Origin: an uncultured Clostridia bacterium
Lineage (GTDB): Bacteria > Bacillota > Clostridia > TANB77 > CAG-508
NCBI GenBank assembly: GCA_944392545.1
Contig: CALXWW010000004.1
Coordinates: 28,487 to 92,486 of the forward strand
Direction of reading: 5' to 3'
Length of the DNA: 64,000 bases
The position numbers and the translations under genes are program-made. Position 1 is the first letter of the stretch; each line of letters starts with the position of its first letter. Of this stretch, positions 10,906 to 20,623 are shown one piece after another. The notes beneath the pieces are model-generated. The model worked only from the letters and a program-made list of their open reading frames with translations. It was not told where the DNA came from and made no database searches.

Positions 10906-11751
10906 CTATTTTTCTTCTATCATTCCTTCAAATATTGTATTTGCAGGTCCCTGCATATATATATGATTATCCTTACCCCACTCTATTTTTAAGACTCCTC
11001 CTGGTAGCTTTACTGTGACATTCTCATCTGTATATCCATTCAATCCACTTGCTACTGCAGCTGCACATGCACCTGTTCCACAAGCACATGTTTCTCCTAC
11101 TCCCCTTTCCCATACTCTCATTTTTACATTATTTTTGTCTATAATTTGAACAAACTCTACATTTGTCCTATTAGGAAATATTGGGTTATTTTCAATTTCT
11201 GGTCCATATTTTTCTATATCTATATTTTCTAAATTCTCTACAAAAGTTACTGCATGTGGATTTCCCATTGACACAACAGTAACCCTTATTTTTTCTTCTT
11301 CCACATTTAAGTCTAAATCTTTATTAAATGCTTCATATACATTATATGGTATATTTGTGTCTTGGAATATAGGTTCTCCCATATCAACTATAGCTTCATT
11401 GCATTCGCCGTTATTCTCAATTAATTTTACTTTTTTTGTTCCTGCTAATGTTTCAATAACTAATTTATCTTTTTGTGATAAACCTTTATCATGAATGAAT
11501 TTTGCCACACACATTATACCATTCCCACACATTTCCGCTTCACTGCCATCACTATTAAATATTCTCATTTTACAATCCGAATTCAAATCACTCGGTTTAT
11601 CTATTAGTATAACTCCATCTGCGCCAATTCCTATATGCCTGTCACTTAATTTTCTGGTCATTTCTGGTATGTTTTTTAATTTTTCTCCATTCATACAATT
11701 TATATAAATATAATCATTACCAAGTCCTGTCATTTTTGTAAAATTTAGCAT
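10906..11751 (-). CDS. dapF: Diaminopimelate epimerase
   Basis: MTGLGNDYIYI, CGNG and GNPHAV motifs. 281 aa. Confidence 0.9.
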   Translation of the reverse strand: MLNFTKMTGLGNDYIYINCMNGEKLKNIPEMTRKLSDRHIGIGADGVILIDKPSDLNSDCKMRIFNSDGSEAEMCGNGIMCVAKFIHDKGLSQKDKLVIETLAGTKKVKLIENNGECNEAIVDMGEPIFQDTNIPYNVYEAFNKDLDLNVEEEKIRVTVVSMGNPHAVTFVENLENIDIEKYGPEIENNPIFPNRTNVEFVQIIDKNNVKMRVWERGVGETCACGTGACAAAVASGLNGYTDENVTVKLPGGVLKIEWGKDNHIYMQGPANTIFEGMIEEK

Positions 11752-11843
11752 ATAACCACCTCTTAAGGATAATATATGCTATTTTTGCAAAATTATACAA
11801 GTTCTTTTATACTAACATCTAAATAGTTTTTACATATAAATTA

Positions 11844-12038
11844 TTAATTGTTTATTAAATCATATCTTTTAAATATAGTAATTATCATACTATATACTAA
11901 TTTTCTTCCTAATAGTTCTTTGAATTTTGTAGTTTTGCTTTTTCCTCCATCTCTTAATTTCCCTAACTCTTTTCCTAAATTATCATATTCTGATAATATA
12001 TCTGTAAGTGCCTTTTCAAATCTTTCTAATCTGTCCAT
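11844..12038 (-). CDS. Small hypothetical protein (64 aa) with its own promoter
   Basis: ATG at 12038 preceded by GGAGG and a TGaTATAAT extended -10 element (rc of 12064-12072). The longer ORF in the supplied track runs over tRNA-Phe and is rejected upstream of this ATG. Confidence 0.4.
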   Translation of the reverse strand: MDRLERFEKALTDILSEYDNLGKELGKLRDGGKSKTTKFKELLGRKLVYSMIITIFKRYDLINN

Positions 12039-12081
12039 TTTTATTTTTCCTCCTCGATTTAATATTATATCACCTTTATCC

Positions 12082-12112
12082 ACACAAAAAAGAGTACCTA
12101 AAAAGGTACTTT
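12082..12112 (-). terminator. Intrinsic terminator after the tRNA cluster
   Basis: On the minus strand: AGUACC ... GGUACU hairpin followed by CUUUUUUG. Confidence 0.55.
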
Positions 12113-12122
12113 TTAAAAAGGT

Positions 12123-12198
12123 GGTGCCTCGAACGGGAATCGAACCAGTGACACAGGGATTTTCAGTCCCTTGCTCTACCAACTGAGCTATCGAGGCA
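12123..12198 (-). tRNA. tRNA-Phe (GAA)
   Basis: rc reads GCCTCGATAGCTCAGTTGGTAGAGCAAGGGACTGAAAATCCCTGTGTCACTGGTTCGATTCCCGTTCGAGGCACCA. Cloverleaf with anticodon GAA and encoded CCA. Confidence 0.9.
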
Positions 12199-12244
12199 AT
12201 TATTATATTATTCCTACACTCTTCTATTTTAAACAATATAAAAA

Positions 12245-12321
12245 TGGCGACCCGGAACGGGCTCGAACCGTCGACCTCTAGCGTGACAGGCTAGCGTTCT
12301 AACCAACTGAACTACCGGGCC
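12245..12321 (-). tRNA. tRNA-Asp (GTC)
   Basis: rc reads GGCCCGGTAGTTCAGTTGGTTAGAACGCTAGCCTGTCACGCTAGAGGTCGACGGTTCGAGCCCGTTCCGGGTCGCCA. Anticodon GTC. Confidence 0.9.
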
Positions 12322-12342
12322 GTATAGGAAATAATAAAAAAA

Positions 12343-12418
12343 TGGTGGGCGCAATAGGGCTCGAACCTATGACCTCCTGCTTGTAAGGCAGATGCTCTCC
12401 CAGCTGAGCTATGCGCCC
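12343..12418 (-). tRNA. tRNA-Val (TAC)
   Basis: rc reads GGGCGCATAGCTCAGCTGGGAGAGCATCTGCCTTACAAGCAGGAGGTCATAGGTTCGAGCCCTATTGCGCCCACCA. Anticodon TAC. Confidence 0.9.
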
Positions 12419-12539
12419 ATTTCCTTCGACTTGTTTAGTATACTAAATTTTTTTATCTTTGTCAACATATTTTTTAAAATTTTTTTATAATTTTTTAGCA
12501 AATTTATATTTTGCATGTAGACACTTATCTAAAGGATTG

Positions 12540-12573
12540 TGTAGACAAAAGGAAATAGTTCCTTTTGTCTACA
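12540..12573. terminator. Perfect 14-bp inverted repeat just downstream of the glmU stop. It precedes the tRNA operon promoter region. Possibly a terminator or an operator.
   Basis: tgtagacaaaagga-aatagt-tccttttgtctaca. A third GTAGACA copy lies 22 bp away. The T-run is on the plus side only. Confidence 0.4.
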
Positions 12574-12582
12574 TTTTTATTC

Positions 12583-13845
12583 TTATTTCTTGTTCCAATT
12601 TTCTTTATTTGTTTGTCTTTGTCTTGCTATAGCTAATGCATAATCTGGAACGTCATCTGTTATAGTTGAACCTGCTGCTACAAATGTTTCATCTCCTAAT
12701 GTTACAGGTGCAACTAGGTTTGTATTTGAACCTATAAATGAATGCTTGCCTATAATTGTCTTGCTTTTATGTAGTCCATCATAATTGCAAGTTATTGTTC
12801 CGCAACCGATATTACATTTTTCACCTATTTCACAGTCTCCCATATATGATAAGTGTGGCACTTTTGTTCCTTCTCCTATTATTGCTTTCTTTATCTCAAC
12901 AAAACTTCCAATTTTCACTTTATTAGCTAGTCTACAACCTTCACGAATATATGAGTTTGGTCCTATCTCGCAATCTTCTCCTATTTCTACATCTGATTTA
13001 ATTATTGTATTAGGATGAATTACAGTATCCATTCCTATTTTTACTCCATCATATATATATGTAGTATTTACATCTTCTATTGTTACACCATTCTTCATAT
13101 GTTCTGTATTTACTCTCATTTGTAATACTTTTGTAAGCATCTCTAACTGAATTCTATCATTAACTCCAAGTATCTCTGTATTATCTTCTACTACAACCGC
13201 ACCAGTTTTTAATCCTTTTTTATTCATTATGCCTATTACATCTGTTATATAGTATTCTCCTTGTGCATTATTTGGCTTAAGTTCATCCAGAGCTGCTAAT
13301 AATTCCTCTATATCAAAACAATATATTCCCGCATTTATTTCTTTTATTTCTTTTTGCCCATCTGTTGTATCTTTTTCTTCAACTATTGCTGATACACTTC
13401 CACCTTCATCTCTAATAATTCTTCCATAACCATATGGATTATCATAAATAGCTGTTAAAAGTGTTGCATATTCCTTGTTTTCTATACTTTTTTCTAGTAA
13501 TTTGTTTAATGTTTCTGGTCTTAATAAAGGTACGTCTCCATTTAATACAAGTACTCTACCTTTCTTTCCTTGTAAGTATTGTTTTGCTTGTAATACAGCA
13601 TGCCCTGTACCTAACATGTCTTCTTGAAACGCATATTTTACAGTATCTCCTAGAACTGCCATTACTTCTTCTTTTTGATATCCTACTACTGCAACAATAT
13701 CATTTACTCCCGCATTTTTAGCATTTTCAACTGCTCTTTTTACAATTTCTTTTCCATATATTTTCTGCACCAATTTAGATTTTTTTGATTTCATTCGTGT
13801 GCCTTTTCCTGCTGCCATTACAATTGCCATAATATTATCTTCCAT
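12583..13845 (-). CDS. glmU: Bifunctional UDP-N-acetylglucosamine pyrophosphorylase / glucosamine-1-phosphate N-acetyltransferase
   Basis: N-terminal AIVMAAGKGTRMKS nucleotidyltransferase motif. C-terminal hexapeptide-repeat left-handed beta-helix (NYDG...IGSNTNLVAPV). Confidence 0.85.
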   Translation of the reverse strand: MEDNIMAIVMAAGKGTRMKSKKSKLVQKIYGKEIVKRAVENAKNAGVNDIVAVVGYQKEEVMAVLGDTVKYAFQEDMLGTGHAVLQAKQYLQGKKGRVLVLNGDVPLLRPETLNKLLEKSIENKEYATLLTAIYDNPYGYGRIIRDEGGSVSAIVEEKDTTDGQKEIKEINAGIYCFDIEELLAALDELKPNNAQGEYYITDVIGIMNKKGLKTGAVVVEDNTEILGVNDRIQLEMLTKVLQMRVNTEHMKNGVTIEDVNTTYIYDGVKIGMDTVIHPNTIIKSDVEIGEDCEIGPNSYIREGCRLANKVKIGSFVEIKKAIIGEGTKVPHLSYMGDCEIGEKCNIGCGTITCNYDGLHKSKTIIGKHSFIGSNTNLVAPVTLGDETFVAAGSTITDDVPDYALAIARQRQTNKENWNKK

Positions 13846-13952
13846 AATTTTTTACTTCCTTTCCATGTATTTTATATTATCTTATGTCCTTTATTAAGTA
13901 ACGTTATCATTTTATCATAATAATTTTTTTTTTGCAAATTTTCATTATTTTG

Positions 13953-13981
13953 TCATAAGTTAGATTTCTTTTAATATACAT
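13953..13981 (+). promoter_or_regulatory. Candidate sigma-E-type forespore/mother-cell promoter upstream of spoIVA
   Basis: tcATAAgt ... 16 bp ... tATACAtT resembles the SigE -35 ATATT / -10 CATACA-T pattern. Match is by eye only. Confidence 0.3.
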
Positions 13982-14026
13982 TAAATAAAGTTTAGTACAA
14001 ACATTTTTAAGGAGGTTATATATTTA

Positions 14027-15508
14027 ATGGAGGAGAATTTAAAATTATATCAAGATATAGCTAATCGTACACAAGGAGATATATACGTAGGAGTAGTTGG
14101 TCCTGTAAGAACTGGTAAATCTACATTTATTAAACGATTTATGGATTTACTTGTTATACCAAATATCGATAATGAATATAAACGTGAAAGAGCCAGAGAT
14201 GAGCTTCCTCAAAGTGCCGGTGGCAGAACAATTATGACTACAGAGCCAAAATTTGTTCCTAATGAAGCTGTTGAAATCACTATAGGAAATAACTTAAAAC
14301 TAAAAACTCGTTTAGTTGACTGTGTTGGATATTTGGTAAATAATGCTATAGGATATTTAGAAGACGATATGCCTAGAATGGTTAAAACACCATGGTTTGA
14401 AGAAGAAATTCCTTTTGAGCAGGCAGCTGAAATTGGAACTAAAAAAGTTATCGAGGAACATTCTACTATAGGTATTTTAGTTACCACTGATGGAAGCATT
14501 ACAGATATTCCAAGAGAAGATTATGTAGAAGCTGAAGAAAGAGTCGTACGAGAACTAAAAGAATTAAATAAACCATTTGTAATCGTATTAAATTCAGATG
14601 ATCCTTTTTCAGATTATACTAAAAATTTAGCAAAGGAACTAGAGGAAAAATATCAAACTGCAGTTATTCCTACAGATTGCTCAAGGCTTGATATGGAAGA
14701 TATAAGTGATATTTTTGGAAAAATCCTGTATGAATTTCCTATTGAAAAGATGAACATTAATTTTCCTAAATGGGTTGATGGTCTTCAAGATTCTCATTGG
14801 TTAAAAGAAGAACTATATTCTGAAATAAAGGATGCTTTTACAGACATTCATATTTTAAAACAAGTTGACTCTGGTATATTAAGTTTACAAAACACTAAGA
14901 TAATTAATAATACAACAATCAATGAAATTAAGCTTGGCGAAGGTACAGTAAACATTACAATAAATCTATATGATGAATTATTTTATAAAGTACTTACTGA
15001 AATATCTGGAGTTGAAGTTAATAATGAAGGTGATTTATTTTCTATAATTACGTCACTCGCTGAGATCAAAAAAGAATATGATAAAATATCAAATGCATTG
15101 GAAGAAGTAAAGGCTACTGGATATGGAATTGTTACACCTTCTATCGATGAATTAATACTTGATGAACCAGAAATAATTAAACAAGGAAGTAGATTTGGAG
15201 TAAAACTTCGTGCACGTGCACCTTCTATTCACTTGATAAAAGCAGAAATTGAAACAGAAGTATCTCCTATAGTTGGAAGTGAAAAACAGTCTGAAGAATT
15301 AGTAAATTACCTACTTTCTAATTTTGAAGATGATCCTACAAAGATTTGGGAATCAAATATTTTTGGAAGAAGTTTGCATGAACTTGTAAATGAAGGCTTA
15401 CAAACTAAACTTGCCAAAATGCCAGTAGATGCTCAAAGCAAACTTCAGGAAACATTAGAAAGAATTGTAAATGAAGGCAGTGGAGGATTAATCTGTATAA
15501 TATTATAG
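14027..15508 (+). CDS. spoIVA: Stage IV sporulation protein A (spore coat morphogenetic ATPase)
   Basis: Near-canonical N-terminus MEENLKLYQDIANRTQGDIYVGVVGPVRTGKSTFIKRFMDL. 493 aa. Confidence 0.95.
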   Translation: MEENLKLYQDIANRTQGDIYVGVVGPVRTGKSTFIKRFMDLLVIPNIDNEYKRERARDELPQSAGGRTIMTTEPKFVPNEAVEITIGNNLKLKTRLVDCVGYLVNNAIGYLEDDMPRMVKTPWFEEEIPFEQAAEIGTKKVIEEHSTIGILVTTDGSITDIPREDYVEAEERVVRELKELNKPFVIVLNSDDPFSDYTKNLAKELEEKYQTAVIPTDCSRLDMEDISDIFGKILYEFPIEKMNINFPKWVDGLQDSHWLKEELYSEIKDAFTDIHILKQVDSGILSLQNTKIINNTTINEIKLGEGTVNITINLYDELFYKVLTEISGVEVNNEGDLFSIITSLAEIKKEYDKISNALEEVKATGYGIVTPSIDELILDEPEIIKQGSRFGVKLRARAPSIHLIKAEIETEVSPIVGSEKQSEELVNYLLSNFEDDPTKIWESNIFGRSLHELVNEGLQTKLAKMPVDAQSKLQETLERIVNEGSGGLICIIL

Positions 15509-15511
15509 TTA

Positions 15512-15558
15512 AAAAGTGCAAACGAGGAATATCCTCTAAACTTGCACTTTTTTTATTT
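15512..15558 (+). terminator. Bidirectional intrinsic terminator between spoIVA and the convergent gene
   Basis: aaaaagtgcaa...ttgcacttttttta: stem flanked by an A-run and a T-run. Confidence 0.7.
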
Positions 15559-15559
15559 T

Positions 15560-16252
15560 TTAATCTACTTTTTTATACGAGAATGTGTACACTCCTTCTA
15601 CTCCCCATAATGCCCCTTGGGCAGCTTTTGTTGTTTCTAGTCTTAATTCTACAGAATTACCATTTAAAGTTATTGTTCCATTTCCACTTGTTCCCCAGTT
15701 ATCTGTATACGTAAATGTTCCTGTGTTACCTTCTAATTTTACTGTTATATCATCTATTTTTCCTTCTCTTTGTGTTGGTGCAGGGCTTGTTAATTTAAAA
15801 TCAAAGCTTATTGTATTTTGAAAATATTTATCTATATCTAGTTCTACAATATTTGTATTTGCTTTTGATTGCATTTCTGACTCAAATTCAGAATCTGAAA
15901 TGCTATTTTCTTCTCTTCTATCCATTATGTCATCTATTCTCTCTGCATTCATATATGCTTCTTCACTAATATACCAGTCTCCAACATAATTTACATTATT
16001 TGTTGCTTGTTCATTAGCATTTTGCTGATTATCAGACTGTGGCTCTTTTTCAGTTATATCATTTTGAGTATTATTTACGTTATTCATAATATTTGTTTCT
16101 TCATTTACAGCAGGTATATTTTCTATGTTAGCATCTCCAGCCTCATTTAAATTTTTATTTGCATCCCATATTGCATAACCAAATATAGCTGATATCACCA
16201 AAATAATTAATATAAAAATAATAATATTTACTTTTTTCATAAGAACCTCCAT
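15560..16252 (-). CDS. Hypothetical N-terminally anchored Asn/Gln-rich protein
   Basis: 230 aa, single N-terminal TM helix, low-complexity N/Q region. No recognisable domain. Confidence 0.4.
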   Translation of the reverse strand: MEVLMKKVNIIIFILIILVISAIFGYAIWDANKNLNEAGDANIENIPAVNEETNIMNNVNNTQNDITEKEPQSDNQQNANEQATNNVNYVGDWYISEEAYMNAERIDDIMDRREENSISDSEFESEMQSKANTNIVELDIDKYFQNTISFDFKLTSPAPTQREGKIDDITVKLEGNTGTFTYTDNWGTSGNGTITLNGNSVELRLETTKAAQGALWGVEGVYTFSYKKVD

Positions 16253-16377
16253 ATAATTTTAATTTCAAAATTAGTATATCATAAAGTTATAAAAAATACT
16301 ATATTTTTTGTTTTAATACATATTTTATTTATTTTTGGAAAATATATACTAAATCACTTTATTATTAGGAGAAACAC

Positions 16378-18049
16378 ATGAAAATTGTTGATACATTTAA
16401 AAAAATATTTTTTCCAATAGAAGAACCTGTACATGACTTTTCTCTTCCCGCTGTAGATGCAAATATTTCTAGTATTCCAGATATTAGTGAGGTTAAAGAT
16501 ATATTTACTAGCATTGACGTGAATATTGAATATATAAAAGTAAAATACAATTTGTTAATAAATAGTGACATTATTCTGCGTGAGTTTTTACTCACAGCTA
16601 AAAATAAGCAATATAGAGCATTCCTTCTTTTTATCGATGGTATGACAGACATGAACTTAGTTAATGATTATGTTCTAAAACCATTAATGCTTAAAAATGC
16701 TGCTAATTCTTTTGAAAGTAATCAAGTAATTTCTGAAGCTGTAACAAATAATATTACTGTACGAAAAGTTAAAAAATTCAATATTAAAGAGCACATTTTT
16801 AATTCTTTGCTTCCTCAAAATAATGTAAAAATGCAGAAAGAATTTAAAGAAATTTTTTCTAGTGTAAATTCTGGAAATTGCATGCTTTTTGTTGACACTC
16901 TTGATATTGCTTTTGACATTGATGTAAAAGGCTTTAAAACTAGATCTATTAATAAGCCAGAAAATGAAGTAGTATTAAGGGGTCCACAAGAAGCTTTTGT
17001 TGAAAATCTACGTACAAATACTTCTCTTATTAGAAGAATTATTAATAACGAAAATTTAATTATGGAAAATATACGAGTAGGAAAGGTAAGCAAAACAAAC
17101 TGTACAGTTTGCTATATGAAAAATATTACAAATGATGATTTAATAGCAGAAGTAAAATATAGACTCAATAATATAGACATTGATTATTTAGTTTCTTCTG
17201 GTCAATTAGAGCAACTGCTTGAAGATAATACCAAGTACAGCCTACCACAAATAATTTCTACAGAAAGGCCTGATAAAACCGCCACATATCTTTTAGAAGG
17301 TAGAGTTGCTATTATAGTAAATGGTAGCCCTTATGCTTTAATAGTGCCTGCTGTTTTTATTGATTTTTTAGAATCCTCTGAGGACAAAAATATAAAATTT
17401 CAATTTGCTAACTTACTAAAAATAATAAGAATTGCATCTTTTTTAATAACATTGCTTTTACCAGGAATATATGTAGCTATAACAAGCTTTCATTTTGAGT
17501 TTATTCCTACTGAATTGTTATTTGCAATAGTTGCTTCACGTGCATCGGTACCTTTTTCAATTATCTTTGAAATTATTATAATGGAACTATCATTTGAACT
17601 TATAAGAGAGGCTGGCTTAAGAGTTCCCAGCCCTATAGGGCCTACTATAGGAATTATAGGTGCATTAATTATTGGTCAAGCTGCTGTAGATGCTGGAATT
17701 GTTAGTCCTATTTTAATAATTATAGTTGCAATAACAGGCATTACTTCTTTTGCTATTCCAGATTATTACCTGGCTTTTCACTGTAGAATTTGGCGTTTTG
17801 CATACATCGTTTTTGGATACCTTGCTCGGACTTCTTGGCATTGCATTTGTATCTTTTGTCCACCTTCTTATAGCAGCTAAAATTCAGTCATTTGGAGTAT
17901 CATATTTAGAACCATATATACCTTCTAAAGGTAAGCTTGTTAATGGAATATTTGACAAGCCTATATGGAAACGAGAAAAAAGAGATGATTTTCTTGATAC
18001 TAAAAAAGTAGACAAACAGGAACATATTAGCATGAAATGGAGATATTAA
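16378..18049 (+). pseudogene. GerA-family spore germination protein (A subunit), interrupted by a +1 frameshift at a T5 run (17810-17814)
   Basis: GerAA-like sequence (LRGPQEAF...GSPYALIVPAVFIDF...) runs in frame 1 to about 17809. It then continues in frame 2 (FLDTLLGLLGIAFVSFVHLLIAAKIQSFGVSYLEPY) to the stop at 18049. Removing one T restores a contiguous protein of about 557 aa. Confidence 0.75.
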
Positions 18050-18068
18050 ATTATAGAAAGGAGTTTAT

Positions 18069-19178
18069 ATGAATTATACAAAGCTTGGAAATTTTGAAGC
18101 TATTTGCTTAATTGTAATTTTATTTATTAATCACCTTGTTCTTAATTTACCACAAATAATTTTAGACAATTCTGCAAATGCCTCTATTTTAAATTGTATA
18201 TATATACTAGCACTTTCACTTATCTTTGTATTACTTATTGCAAAACTTTTAAAAAACTTTGCTGGTTTAGATATTATTGATATTTCTGAATATCTTGGTG
18301 GAAAATTCCTTAAAATACTAATTGGTATTCTTTGTATAATTTATTTAATTATAGAATCATCCTTTTTAGTAAGAATGTTCTCTAAGAACCTATTTCTAGC
18401 ATATTTTAATAATTATCCAATATCATTTATTATTTTTATGTTTCTGTTCATTGTGGTAGTAGCCAATTTAATGGGTAGAAGATCTATCATTAAAGTTAAT
18501 ACTATAATTGTTCCTATCGCTCTTTTTAGCATTCTATTCACATTTGTATTTGTCGCAGATTTGTTAAGAGTAGAACTCTCACTTCCTATTTTAGCTAATG
18601 GGGCAAAAAAAATATTTATAACAGGCGCAAGTAATGTTTTTGCATTTAATGGACTATTTTTCTTGTTCTTCATTTCGCCTTTGTTAGATAAAAAAGAAAA
18701 TATGCCTAAAGTTGCTTTTTCATCTACGCTTATTTGTGGTATGTTCTTACTTTTATCTATAATTGCATTAGTATTTGGGTTTTCTGACATATATTCTGTT
18801 GTTAGAATTTCTCCTCTTTACTTTATAATTATAAATAGTAAACTTACCAGCTTTTTAGAAAGGCCTGAAATAATATTTATATTTATTTGGGCTTTAGCAC
18901 TTATGTCGTTTATAAGCGTTGCTGTAATGTTTGTTTTAAACATATTTAAAAAATTAACTAATATGAAAAAAGTTCAAAATTTATCTATAACTGTATGTAC
19001 AATTATTTTTGTAGTTTCACTTCTGATTAATAATGTTTTTACATTAGAAAAAACCGCTAATTTCTTTTATAAATATGCAAGTTTAATCCTAATATTCGGA
19101 GTATTTTCTCTAATATTAATATGTGCAAATATAAAGAAAAAAATCTCCAAAAAGGACCTTATAACTTATAGAGAATAG
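18069..19178 (+). CDS. GerB-family spore germination protein (amino-acid-permease-like integral membrane subunit)
   Basis: 369 aa, about 10 TM helices. Sits between the A- and C-subunit genes. Confidence 0.75.
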   Translation: MNYTKLGNFEAICLIVILFINHLVLNLPQIILDNSANASILNCIYILALSLIFVLLIAKLLKNFAGLDIIDISEYLGGKFLKILIGILCIIYLIIESSFLVRMFSKNLFLAYFNNYPISFIIFMFLFIVVVANLMGRRSIIKVNTIIVPIALFSILFTFVFVADLLRVELSLPILANGAKKIFITGASNVFAFNGLFFLFFISPLLDKKENMPKVAFSSTLICGMFLLLSIIALVFGFSDIYSVVRISPLYFIIINSKLTSFLERPEIIFIFIWALALMSFISVAVMFVLNIFKKLTNMKKVQNLSITVCTIIFVVSLLINNVFTLEKTANFFYKYASLILIFGVFSLILICANIKKKISKKDLITYRE

Positions 19179-19197
19179 AACCCAAGGAGGATATTTT

Positions 19198-20443
19198 ATG
19201 AATTACAAAGTGCGAAAAATTTTTGCAATTTTTATACTAACTATATTAATTTTAGTAGCAACTACTAATTATTATGGGATACGTGGTATTGATAATTTAG
19301 CTTATGTTGTTGCTATTGGAGTAGATATAGGTGAAAATGAAAATTTACTACTTAGCCTCCAAATATCTTTACCTGGAGGATCAAGTAGTGAATCTAGCAG
19401 TTCTTCCCAATCCACTTCTGTTGTTGTTGAATCTGTAGAATGTCCTTCAATAAATACTGGTATTACTTTATTCAATAGCTATTTAGGAAAAGAAATTAAT
19501 CTGTCCCATTGTAAAGTTATAGTAATTTCAGAAGAATTTGCTGCAAATGGAGTTAGCGAAATTTTATATACTCTTACGAACGCAATACAATTTAGGACAA
19601 CATCTAATATTATAATAAGTAAATGCGATGCTAAATCGTATTTGGAATATTCATCTCCACTTTTGGATAAAATATCTGCTAGATATTATGAAATAGCACC
19701 CACTTCAAGTGAATACACAGGTTATACAGAAAGCATAACTTGTAATGAGTTTTTATCCTCTATAAATAGTAATTTTTCTAGTCCAGTAGCAATACTTCGG
19801 TTCAATAAATTTAGCTAATAGTCAAAAACAAAATACTTCTAACAATCCTTCGTATACAGCTGGTGAAACTCCCCTATCTCCCAAAAATGATGGTGTTGAA
19901 GCAATGGGACTTGCAGTATTTAATTCAGATAAATTAGTTGGAGAATTAACTGGATTTGACTCAATTTGTCATCTTATAATTTCTAATAAATTGAAAAACG
20001 CACAAATTAGAGTTCCTAGTCCTATTAAAGAACTTGATTTTATAGATTTATATATTGAACTAGATAAAGACACTAAAAATTCTGTGTATTTAGTAAATAG
20101 TTCTCCTTATATAACTTCTAAAATAAAAATAACTGCAAAAATGCAGTCTATGAACGAAGATATTAATTTAAAAGATACCGAATTAGTAAATAAAATTGAA
20201 ACTTCTGCAGCAGCATATTTAAAAGAACAGATATTAGATTATTTGTATAAAACTTCTAAAACTCTCCATGCAGATATTGATGGTTTTGGGTTATATGCAT
20301 TAAAATATTTTTCTACCAATATGGAATGGGATGAATATAACTGGCTTCATCATTACAAAGATTCTTATTTCAATGTAGATATTAGTGTTAATCTGCGTTC
20401 TAGTTATTTAATAACATCAACGAGCGAGGAGAGTGAAAAATAG
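19198..20443 (+). pseudogene. GerC-family germination lipoprotein, split by a +1 frameshift near 19806-19811 (AAATTT)
   Basis: N-terminal part (lipoprotein-like start, LAYVVAIGVDIGENEN) is in frame 1 and ends at 19818. The GerAC C-terminal domain (GLAVFNSDKLVGEL...) is in frame 2, which is open from 19790. Deleting one T in the A3T3 run joins them as ...RFNKLANSQKQ.... Confidence 0.7.
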
Positions 20444-20592
20444 ATGGTTTTTGTAATATTTTTTACCAGCATATATGCATTTTTAGAAACTGCAATTACT
20501 GGATATTTTGAATTTAAAGAAAATAAATTTGTTGGAATATTATTATTTATATTCGCTTTATTTTGTTTAATAGTGCCTAATCTTCTTGTTTA
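20444..20592 (+). CDS. Small hydrophobic protein (49 aa) immediately after gerC. Candidate germinant-receptor D-type subunit.
   Basis: ATG overlaps the gerC stop (TAGATGG). Two predicted TM helices. Below the length cutoff of the ORF track. Confidence 0.3.
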
Positions 20593-20623
20593 GGCACTAT
20601 TAACTAAAATCTATTATTTATTT

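Noticed and set aside
11844-12236. 130-aa ORF from the six-frame track
   Set aside because: Its upstream two-thirds runs straight through tRNA-Phe and its terminator. Only the part downstream of the ATG at 12038 is kept.
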